Origin: Mustelus asterias | Taxonomy: Eukaryota | Assembly: GCF_964213995.1 (NCBI RefSeq) | Contig: NC_135810.1 | Coordinates: 81,034,001-81,098,000, forward strand | Length of the DNA stretch: 64,000 bases | Direction: 5' to 3' | Shown: in pieces, positions 38,323 to 48,900 of the stretch | How positions within the stretch are numbered: the stretch's first letter is position 1 | Layout: each line of letters begins with the position of its first letter | Notes under the pieces: model-generated | What the model saw: only the letters and a program-made list of their open reading frames with translations | Databases searched by the model: none | What the model was told of the DNA's origin: nothing | Program-made: the position numbers and the translations under genes

Positions 38323-39109
38323 GCAAGTCAAAGCCTCCCTCTACATGGATGACGTGGCTGTTTTCTGCTCGGACCCCTCGTCTGTTCGCAGGCTTCTTCG
38401 AGTCTGTGAGCAGTTCGAGCTGGCCTCGGGGGCCAAAGTCAACCAGGGTAAGAGTGAGGCCATGTTCTTTGGGTACTGGCCTGACACATCCTTTGTCCCC
38501 TTCACCATTAGGGTAGGCTACCTCAAGGTGCTGGGGATATGGTTCGGAGCGGCAGGGGCATGCGCCAAAAACTGGGAAGAGCGCATCGCCAAAGCCAGAC
38601 AAAAATTGGGATTGTGGGAGCAACGCTCCCTCTCCATCACTGGGAAGAACCTTGTGATCCGATGCGAGGTCCTGTCCGTGTTGTTGTACGTGGCGCAGGT
38701 GTGGCCTCTCCCCAAGTCCTGCGCAGCAGCAGTGACCCGGGCCATCTTCAAGCTCATCTGGAGATCAAAGATGGATCGTGTCCGGAGGGAGGCGATGCAC
38801 AAATCTCCAGAGAACGGAGGGAAAAACGTTCCCAACGCCGCCCTCATCCTGATGGCCACCTTTGTGTGCGGCTGCATCAAGCTGCGTGTAGATCCTCGGT
38901 ACACTAACAGCAAGTGCCACTATTTTTTGAGGTTCTACCTGTCCCAAGTGTTGCGGAGGATGCGTCTGGCCACATTGCCGCGGAACGCTCCAAGTAGTTG
39001 GACCGTACCGCAGCACCTGTCCTTCGTGGAGAAATTCTTCCGGAAACACACCTTTGACCACATGGCTATCAAGCAGTGGTCAGCACGTAATGTCCCAAAA
39101 AACTACATC
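38323..39109 (+). mobile_element. Tx1-clade (Keno-like) non-LTR retrotransposon RT fragment
   Basis: QVKASLYMDDVAVF..FELASGAKVNQGKS..YLKVLGIWF..LSITGKNLVI..GGKNVPN, uninterrupted for ~260 aa; flanked by U2 sequence. Confidence 0.85.
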
Positions 39110-39428
39110 GGCTAAGATCAAGTGTAGTATGGATTGGATGCTGCACTTGGTTGAGGTCATTGGGTTACATTGAAGCTTCATATGTTTCATATGAAGCAAT
39201 TGTTAAAAGCGGCATCTCGGCCTTTTGGCTAAGATGCAAATGAGCTCAAGCCTTGGTGGAGGAACCTCCCCCTTCTCCAATCAGCTTGGCTCATGTAGAT
39301 CAGGCCCAGGACAGGGTGATTTGGTCGCTCGCCCTGTCTTGTCAGCCTGGATCTGAAATGTCTCAACTTGTTGAGACTTTGAATTGGATTTGATTTGATT
39401 GAATTGGAAAAGTAACAAAAAAAAAAAA
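39110..39428 (+). mobile_element. U2 snRNA-headed SINE-like unit A
   Basis: GGCTAAGATCAAGTGTAGTAT (U2 nt 19-39), second U2 fragment at 39215, hairpin-rich body, A tail. Confidence 0.75.
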
Positions 39429-39759
39429 TCTCGGCCTTTTGGCTAAGATCAAGTGTAGTATGGATTGGATGCTGCACTTGGTTGAGGTCATTAGGTTACA
39501 CTGAAGCTTCATATGTTTCATATGAAGCAATTGTTAAAAGCGGCATCTCGGCCTTTTGGCTAAGATGCAAATGAGCTCAAGTCTTGGAGGAGGTATTGCT
39601 TTCCCTCCTCCAATCAGCTTGGCTCATGTAGATCAGGCCCAGGACAGGGTAATTTGGTCGCTTGCCCTGTCTTGCCAGCCTGGATCGGAAATGTCTCAAC
39701 TTGTTGAGACTCTGACTTGGACTTGATTTTATTGAATTGGAAAAGTATTTTAAAAAAAA
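39429..39759 (+). mobile_element. U2 snRNA-headed SINE-like unit B
   Basis: TCTCGGCCTTTTGGCTAAGATCAAGTGTAGTAT (U2 nt 7-39), second U2 fragment at 39546, same body as unit A, A tail. Confidence 0.8.
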
Positions 39760-40154
39760 TACCAGGTCCTATCCCTATAACCCCACATATTTACCCTCCC
39801 AATCCCCCTGAAACTAAGGGTCAATTTACCATGGTCAATCACCTAACCCGCACATCTTTTGAATGTGGGGGGAAACTGGAGCACCCGAAGGAAACCCATG
39901 CAGACACGGGGGGAAAATGCAAACTTCACTCAGACAATCACCCGAGGCCAAAATTGAGCCCGGGTCCCTGTGCCACGATGCTGCCATTTTAGTTCCACAT
40001 TGCTGACCCATTTATTATCTGAGCCTCTGGAGGATGTGGCATCTTCAGAAATACTTTAATATAAAAGGAAAATTAACTTAATAGGTCCCGTTAACAGATG
40101 TATAGTACCAGAAAAGGGCAAACATCCAACTGCAACTGTCAAGTTCAGTCATTT

Positions 40155-40525
40155 TTTAAAAATTCATTCGTGGGCTATGGATGTTACTGGCTGGCCAGCC
40201 TTTATTACCCATTCCCAGTTGCCCTTGAACAGAGTGGTTTTCTAGGCCATTTCAGAGGGCAGTTGAGAGTCAACCACATTGCTGTGGCTCTGGAGTCACA
40301 TGAAGGCCAGATTTCCTTCCCTCAAGGACATTATTGAACCAGATGGGTTTTTCTGATAATCAACAATGGTTTCATGATAATCAGTAGATTCCTACTTCCA
40401 GATTTTTTTTATTGAATTCAAATTCCACCATCTGATATGGCAGGATTCGAACCTGGGTCCCCAGAACATTAGCTGAGTTTCTGGATTAATAGTCCAGCGA
40501 TAATACCATGAGGCCATCGCCTCCC
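40155..40525 (-). mobile_element. Second tRNA-headed SINE family
   Basis: Reverse complement of the element at 55466-56138 (head GGCGATGGCCTCATGGTATTATCGC, GGTTCGAATCC box). Confidence 0.75.
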
Positions 40526-41536
40526 TTGAACTTTTATTTATTTATTAGTCACAAGTAGGCTTATATTAACACTGCAATTAAGTTACTGTGAGAATCATCA
40601 GAGGATGAACAATTTTGCTCTCCATGAGCTGGTGGCTGTACTCAGAGAAGCCCGGTACGAAAAATAGTCAACAAAAAACAAATTGGCAGATATTTGGCAT
40701 CTCAACCTCCTCTGGGAATGATTTTCGGATGAGACGCATGCTTCTGATTAACAACTGGTTATAAAATACCATTGGAACAAGGCCCATGATCATCTAACTA
40801 GTCCAAATGCACTGGAGTCTGTTGAGCTAATAAACTTGAAAGGTAGCACAGCTGAAACAAACTGAAAGTCAGCCAAGAGAAGAAAAACAAAAGATCAGAC
40901 AATTAGAAGTAAAACTAATTGATAAAAAAGAGGGATTGAAACCAGAGCACTGCATCGAAGTGCTGACTGAGCTTCTATTTCGAAGTTGAAAGAATGAGTT
41001 TTGGAAAGTTAGCAATTGAACAGAAAGATTGTGAATAATTGAAAATTCACGTCGGATCGGGGTGAAATTTCATTTTCAGCATGCAGGTGACAAATCTGGT
41101 GGAGCAGATCACTCAGCCACTATGGAGCCAGCCTCCATTCCACTGATGTTTGAAGAATCCTATATAGAAACACAATTAGGCCTTCATGAAGATTGTCTTT
41201 AAAAACCTTTGTTGGTTTCTCAGCATTCAGCATTCAGGTCCTTGGAACAATTCTTGCAAGACCACTCTCAAACTCAGAGTAATATTTATTTCCTGATTTA
41301 TCCACAGGGTGTGGGAGACATTTGTCTCATTTGTTGTCTTGCTCTAGCTGTTCTGAGAGGGTGATAGGACATTCTTCTCGAACAGATTGTTGATACATTG
41401 GGACTGTTTTTTACATTGGAGTGGTTTGCTAGAACAGTTCAGAGAGTCACCAATAGAGAAGGGGAGTGGAGTCACACTTAGGTTGAAGCAGGAATAGTTG
41501 GCAGGTTCGCCTCTTTGAGAGGCATGAGTTAACCAG

Positions 41537-41825
41537 CATGGTGGCACAGTGGTTAGCACCACTGCCTCACAGCGCCAGATACCTGGGTTCGATTCACGGC
41601 TTGGGTTACGGCAGAGACTACACATTCTCCCCGTGTCTGTATGGGTTTCCTCCGGGTACTCCGGTTTCCTCCCACAGTCCAAAGACGTGCTGGTTAGGTA
41701 CATTGGCCATGCTAAATTCTCCCTCAGTGTACCTGAACAGGCACCGGAGAGTGGCGACTTGGAGATTTTCACAGTAACTTCATTGCAGCGTTAACGTACA
41801 CCTCCTTGTGACACTAATAAATAAA
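41537..41825 (+). mobile_element. HE1-related SINE with a different 3' tail
   Basis: HE1-like head and core, then tail ...TTTTCACAGTAACTTCATTGCAG...TTGTGACACTAATAAATAAA; the same tail is seen in reverse at ~40530-40595. Confidence 0.75.
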
Positions 41826-42447
41826 ATGTTAAACTTTATGAGAATCCAGCGGCCTTTGTGATCATGTTTTTTCTTGCTAAGAGTCTACAAATAGGGAGGT
41901 CTTTTGAATTCAATCTTTGTTATTTTCCCATTCCTATTGCTGTTATATTACCATGGTGCGATTAGCTTCCACAGAATTGTCTAACATACAGATGGCATCA
42001 TTCGAAACCTAGGCGGCTATGAACTACTGGAGCTGAAGATGGCCTCAGTGGCGATGTTCCCGACATTAAATAATCTGTCAACACATATTCTGCAGGCTGA
42101 AACTCTATGTGCGGTCTGGAATTTGATTTGGTTGAGGCTGTTGTTTCTGAAGGAGCCAAGAGGGCTGCTGGACATTATGTAGGGCTGGATTTTCTCCACG
42201 GATTTTAGGACCACAAAGTTAGGGTGAAATGGGGGTCCCAAGCCTGTAGGCTGTAAGAAAGGTAGCACAATCTTCCAAAAGGCAGCCTCCTATTTGGTTA
42301 CCTCCACATTTGCCATCCTATTGAGTACAGCAGGAAGGGCAATCCTTAATGCCGGAACAATCAGAAGGTCAATTGCTCCGAAGCCTTGGGCAGCCCCACG
42401 AGGGGCAGGTTGGGAATTGCGAGTTTGCCTCCACAAGGAGGTGCTCT

Positions 42448-43084
42448 TGCTGACCTGCACAGCAGTGAGTAAATAAATTACCCTCTAAATCCTCACTTCT
42501 GTTGATTAAGTTCCCCAGATTCTAACAATGGGTGTATTTTAACCCACATTTTAACCTAATAGTTAACTGTTAGTTTACACTGCCTCTGATGATTCAAAGT
42601 CCATGTTCTAACCAACCTTGAGAGCTCTGGTAAAAATCTTGAAAAGACCTGACTGTAGATTTTCTCTCAGTTCTTGCTTCAAAATGTTGGACTTCACTGG
42701 ATATTTAGATTAAGGAATGTTTGACTCAGTTCCTGTCCAGAATCTGTTAATTTTTAAAACGATCTGTGACCAGTGAGGCTTCAAATTTCTGGATTCTTCT
42801 TGACATCAATGAAGACACTGTGGGTTACACTGGTTACACCATGAAAGCCAGCTTCTCTCACTGTTTGGCTGCTCTTCTGTGCTATTTAAAGTAGCCTTGA
42901 TCAGTCTACTGCCCTTCCCCCACCATGGCTATGACTGAGAGACTTCAGCCTCCTTCTGGGCCTGTGTCTGGCGAGTGGTTTGACTTTTTTCAGCGTCAGG
43001 TGATGTGATGCTGGCCTGCACAGCAGTGAGTAAATAAATTTCCCTCTAAATCCTCACTTCTGTTGATTAAGTTCCCCAGATTCT
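42448..43084 (+). repeat. 76-bp direct repeat pair (42448-42523 and 43009-43084)
   Basis: Identical except for 2 substitutions. Confidence 0.9.
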
Positions 43085-43679
43085 GGGCGCATGTGTGGGG
43101 AACGGGGCCAGACCAGATGTTTCACAACAGCCTGGCTACCAATGGTCTTGGAGCCCTGACCACCAAGGACAGCATTGCCTATTAGACACTTTTGTCTTTG
43201 CAGTAGAAATGGGCACATAATGAGGATCCACGATGAATGGAAACACTCCCTAACTTCACACCATCACACCCATGCAGGAGGGAGCAATGGAAATAGCCAG
43301 GAGCGCAGACCACAAGGAAGTAGGTTATGTTAAGATGGACACTGCGCTCAAGTAAGAGATGCTGATTACAGACAGCAAAGCATTCGTTAAGTGAGAGGCT
43401 CCACCACATAGAAGGTGAGCCAAAAAGACCACCTCCTTCACCACCATCTAGCAAAGAGCAACAGCTGCAGAGTGGCAAAAGTGCACCGTCAAGAGTACTG
43501 TTCACCGGTTTCCATTGAAGATGAAACCTGGAAAGACGTAAAGGCTTACTGTCAATGAAGACATTAAAATGGCCGCTTCACCATCACCGCCAAGTGAGTT
43601 TGACACACACTCAGCTGCCCCAACACAAAGCTTTCCCCTCCCAGGTTAGAACGTATCTAGGCTAATCTGCTGACAGATC

Positions 43680-43930
43680 ATAGAAACAAGATACAAAACT
43701 CTAAGGTCACGTACCAGCCGACTCAAGAACAGCTTCTTCCCTGCCACTGTCAGATTTTTGAATGGACTTACGTTGCATCAAGTTAATCTTTCTCCACACT
43801 GTAACACTATATTCTGCACTCTCTCCTTTCCTTCTCGATGAACGGTATTCTTTTTCTGTAGAGCACACAAGAATTAATACTTTTCACTCTATGCAAATAC
43901 ATGTGACGATAATCAATCAAATCAAATCAA
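43680..43930 (+). mobile_element. Rex1-like LINE 3' end
   Basis: RYKTLRSRTSRLKNSFFPATVRFLN then tail ending (AATCA)n. Confidence 0.65.
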
Positions 43931-44154
43931 ATAGAACTTACAAAAGGCAGGCTCACGTGACTTTTGAGGAAATCAGCAGACAGTATAGCTGAGATGAAAG
44001 GAATTAGGAATGTGTCTTCAGAAAGTGCCGAATAATGAGAGAGTTGTAAAAATTAAGACCAATGATGTTTAAGGAAATGTAGGGCTAGATATTATGCAAA
44101 TGGTTGGGGGGGGGGGGCGGCGATGGTGGTCTGGCCCTCTGGTGTAAAGGTTGG

Positions 44155-44790
44155 GATGTGGAGATGCCGGCGTTGGACTGGGGTAAACACAGTAAGGAGT
44201 CTAACAACACCAGGTTAAAGTCCAACAGGTTTATTTGGTAGCAAACGCCACTAGCTTTCGGAGCACTGCTCCTTCGTCAGATGGAGTGGAAATCTGCTCT
44301 CAAACAGGGCACAGAGACACAAAATCAAGTTACAGAATACTGATTAGAATGCGAATTTCTACAGCCAACCAGGTCTTAAAGATACAGACAATGTGAGTGG
44401 AGGGAGCATTAAGCACAGGTTAAAGAGATGTGTATTGTCTCCAGACAGGACAGCCAGTGAGATTCTGCAAGTCCAGGAGGCAAGCTGTGGGGGTTACTGA
44501 TAGTGTGACATAAACCCAACATCCTGGTTTAGGCTGTCCTCATGTGTGCAGAACTTGGCTATCAGTTTCTGCTCAGCGACTCTGCGCTGTCGTGTGTCGT
44601 GAAGGCCGCCTTGGAGAACGCTTACCCGAAGATCAGAGGCTGAATGCCTGTGACCGCTGAAGTGCTCCCCCACAGGAAGAGAACAGTCTTGCCTGGTGAT
44701 TGTCTCACATTGTCTGTATCTTTAAGACCTGGTTGGCTGTAGAAATTCGCATTCTAATCAGTATTCTGTGACTTGATTTTGTGTCTCTGT
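44155..44790 (-). mobile_element. Penelope-like element 3' end (GIY-YIG C-terminus plus terminal repeat), with a short inverted piece at 44705-44790
   Basis: Reverse complement of 31010-31555; 44705-44790 is an inverted copy of ~44305-44396. Confidence 0.9.
44247..44290 (-). ncRNA. Minimal hammerhead ribozyme motif with intact core
   Basis: CCAT-CTGACGA-A-GGAGC(AGT)GCTCC-GAAA-GCTA-GTGG. Confidence 0.65.
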
Positions 44791-45989
44791 GGGCCTTTAA
44801 CTTGAAGCAGGGCTTCCACCCCCATCCGAGGGGAAATCCTGCCTCTAGGAGCTGCCAGCCAAATGGCAAACTGCAGCAGATCTTGACCCAGCAGCACCAC
44901 CGGAAACTGTGGCACTGTTTGGGCTGCAGCTGTCACCCACCTGGCAAGCCTGGGTGAGGGGAAGGAGGTGGGCTGGGGTTGACAGGGCAGGGGAGGGGAG
45001 GAAAGGTGGGGAAACTGTGGTGAGGGTGAGGAGGGGGGAGGGCACACTGAGTAGCTTTTACTCTGCATCCTGGATATTAGGTGTGTGTCAGCGGCAGGAG
45101 GTGGTGCTCAATTGGTCATTAACTGGCCAGATAAGGGCTACAATTGACCCACATCCTGCCACTCTGCTTCAGGAGTCTGTAAAATTCAGCCTGTAGTTTT
45201 GTTGCTGGAATGATAGTTAGGAGACAGACAGCAGAGAACAGGAACAAATGGGTACGTATATTGTTTCGGGATTGATGGGCTGAGGATAGTGATGCATCTC
45301 TTGGATCTGTGTTGATATTCCTGTTTTCTATTTCTATGACATGAGTGGAATGATATGAAATTCCATGGATATAAAATGAAAGGGGATTGCAAACTGGGAG
45401 GAAGAATATCAGAGATTGCCAGAGGACATGGAAAGATGTGAAAAGTTGACAAATATATGCAGGTACATTTGGCAAGCGTACATTTTGGGAAATGAACACT
45501 GAAATGAATTCTACCCTAAATGGGAACATTTTAAATGTTGTGGAGGAACAGGGAAAGGAAGATACAACACTTAAATATATCTCTTTAAAGTATGAGACTC
45601 AGAGAAAAAGACAATTGGGCTTTGTGAAGTAGATTCTTTGATGGTTGTAAAATAAATAGGCTAAACCACAATTTGAAGTAAAGGATATATAACTGTAATG
45701 ATTCAACATATAAGAAATTATAGTTATGAAGAAAGTCTGACTAAATTGGTGCAATATGTTACAACAGTGTCCACTCTTCTAAAGTATGGCATTGTCTGTG
45801 AAGCGCACTGAGACAGGCCGGATTGTGAAAGGTGGTGTATAAACGCAAGACTTTCTTTTTTCAAGAGGGAAAACAAGTGCTGAGTTTTCAGGCTTTTGGA
45901 AGTTTGTGAAATGGAAACGGCCTACAACATCTGAGCATCGGGGCTCCCCGTGCCACTCTCAAACCCCCACGGATCACTCCTGACCACCT

Positions 45990-48900
45990 GACACCCCCCT
46001 CACTGAGCACCCCCATAACTGATCACCCCCTAATCACCTGATCCACCTACAGGCCACCCAACCCTCACTGACCACCCAACCAACCCCACTGAGCACCCAA
46101 CCCCGAACCACAAACTGAGCATCCTCCACTGACCACCCGGCACCCAAAACCCCACTGACCAACTGGCCGCCGAACTCACACTGACTACCGGACCCCCCCA
46201 CTCTCACACTGACCAGCCGACCCCCCACTCTCATACTCACCCCTGACCCCCCCACTCTCACACTGACCCTCCCACTCTCACACTGACCCCCCCACTCTCA
46301 CACTGACCCCCGATCCCCCACTCTCATACTGACCCCTGACCCCCCCACTCTCACACTGACCGCCGACCCCCCACTCTCATACTGACCCCTGACCCCCCCA
46401 CTCTCACACTGACCCTCCCACTGACACCCGACCCCCCACTCTCACACTGACTCCCGACCCCCCACTCTCACACTGACCCCCAACCCCCCACTCTCACACT
46501 GACCCCCGACCCCCCACTCTCACACTGACCCCCGACCCCCCACTCTCACACTGACCCCTGACCCCCCACTCTCACACTGACCCCCGACCCCCCACTCTCA
46601 TACTGACCCCTAACCCTCCCCCACTCTCACTATGACCCTCCCACTCTCATATTGACCCCCGACCCCCCCTCTCACACTGACCCCCCCACTCTCACAAAGA
46701 CCCCCGACTGCCCCCACTCTCACACAGACCCCCCCACTCTCACACTGATCACCTGACACCCCCACTCTCACACTGACCACCCGATCCCCTCATTCTCATC
46801 CTGACCACCCAACCCCCTCACTCTCACACTGACCAGCTGACAACCCCAATCTCACACTGACCCCCGACCCCCTCCCCACTCTCACACTGACCCCCCACTC
46901 TCACACTGACCCCCAACCCTCCCACTCTCACACTGACCCCCGACACCCCGAATCTCACACTGACCCCCGACATCCCCACTCTCACACTGACCCCCGACCC
47001 CCCCACTCTCATACTGACCCCCACCCTCCCACTCACACTGACCCCGACCCCCCACTCTCACACTGACCCCCACCCTCCCACTCTCACACTGACCCCCGAC
47101 ACCCCCACTCTCACACTGACCCCCGACACCCCCACTCTCATACTGACCCCCACCCTCCCACTCACACTGACCCTGACCCCCCACTCTCACACTGACCCCC
47201 ACCCTCCCACTCTCACACTGACCCCCGACTCCCCCACTCTCACACTGACCCCCGACTCCACCACTCTCACACTGACCTCCCGAACCCCACTCTCACACTG
47301 ACCCCCCCACTCTCACACTGACCCCCGACCCCCCACTCTCACACTGACCCCCGACCCCCCACTCTCACACTGACCCCCCCCACTCTCACACTGACCCCCG
47401 ACCCCCCACTCTCACACTGACCCCCGACCCCCCCACTCTCACACTGACCACCGACCCCCACTCTCACACTGACCCCCGACCCCCCACTCTCACACTGACC
47501 CCTGACCCCCCCTACTCTCACACTGACCCCTGACCCCCCCACTCTCACACTGACCCCTGACCCCCCACTCTCACACTGACCCCCGACCCCCCACTCTCAT
47601 ACTGACCCCTAACCCTCCCCCACTCTCACTATGACCCTCCCACTCTCATATTGACCCCCGACCCCCCCTCTCACACTGACCCCCCCACTCTCACAAAGAC
47701 CCCCGACTACCCCCACTCTCACACAGACCCCCCCACTCTCACACTGATCACCTGACACCCCCACTCTCACACTGACCACCCGATCCCCTCATTCTCATCC
47801 TGACCACCCAACCCCCTCACTCTCACACTGACCAGCTGACAACCCCAATCTCACACTGACCCCCGACCCCCTCCCCACTCTCACACTGACCCCCCACTCT
47901 CACACTGACCCCCAACCCTCCCACTCTCACACTGACCCCCGACACCCCGAATCTCACACTGACCCCCGACATCCCCACTCTCACACTGACCCCCGACCCC
48001 CCCACTCTCATACTGACCCCCACCCTCCCACTCACACTGACCCCGACCCCCCACTCTCACACTGACCCCCACCCTCCCACTCTCACACTGACCCCTGACA
48101 CCCCCACTCTCACACTGACCCCCGACACCCCCACTCTCAAACTGACCCCCACCCTTCCACTCACACTGACCCTGACCCCCCACTCTCACACTGACCCCCA
48201 CCCTCCCACTCTCACACTGACCCCCGACTCCCCCACTCTCACACTGACCCCCGACACCACCACTCTCACACTGACCTCCCGAACCCCACTCTCACTGACC
48301 CCCGACCCCCCACTCTCACACTGACCCCCCCCACTCTCACACTGACCCCCGACCCCCCACTCTCACACTGACCCCCGACCCCCCCACTCTCACACTGACC
48401 ACCGACCCCCCACTCTCACACTGACCCCCGACCCCCCACTCTCACACTGACCCCTGACCCCCCTACTCTCACACTGACCCCTGACCCCCCCACTCTCACA
48501 CTGACCCCTGACCCCCCACTCTCACACTGACCCCCGACCCCCCCCTCTCACACTGACCCCTAACCCTCCCCCACTCTCACTATGACCCTCCCACTCTCAT
48601 ATTGACCCCCGACCCCCCCTCTCACACTGACCCCCCCACTCTCACAAAGACCCCCGACTACCCCCACTCTCACACAGACCCCCCCACTCTCACACTGATC
48701 ACCTGACACCCCCACTCTCACACTGACCACCCGATCCCCTCATTCTCATCCTGACCACCCAACCCCCTCACTCTCACACTGACCAGCTGACAACCCCAAT
48801 CTCACACTGACCCCCGACCCCCTCCCCACTCTCACACTGACCCCCCACTCTCACACTGACCCCCAACCCTCCCACTCTCACACTGACCCCCGACACCCCG

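Larger units (their letters stand above)
38133..39985 (-). mobile_element. HE1-type SINE split by the Tx1/U2 composite insertion (pieces 38133-38195 and 39761-39985)
   Basis: The tail piece and the core/head piece join into one SINE when 38196-39760 is removed. Confidence 0.75.

Noticed and set aside
39110-39570. Functional U2 snRNA genes
   Set aside because: Only nt 3-39 of U2 are present; there is no Sm site, no 3' stem-loops and no recognisable upstream snRNA promoter
46608-46620. Telomeric repeat (CCCTAACCCT)
   Set aside because: Single hexamer variants within the minisatellite, not an array
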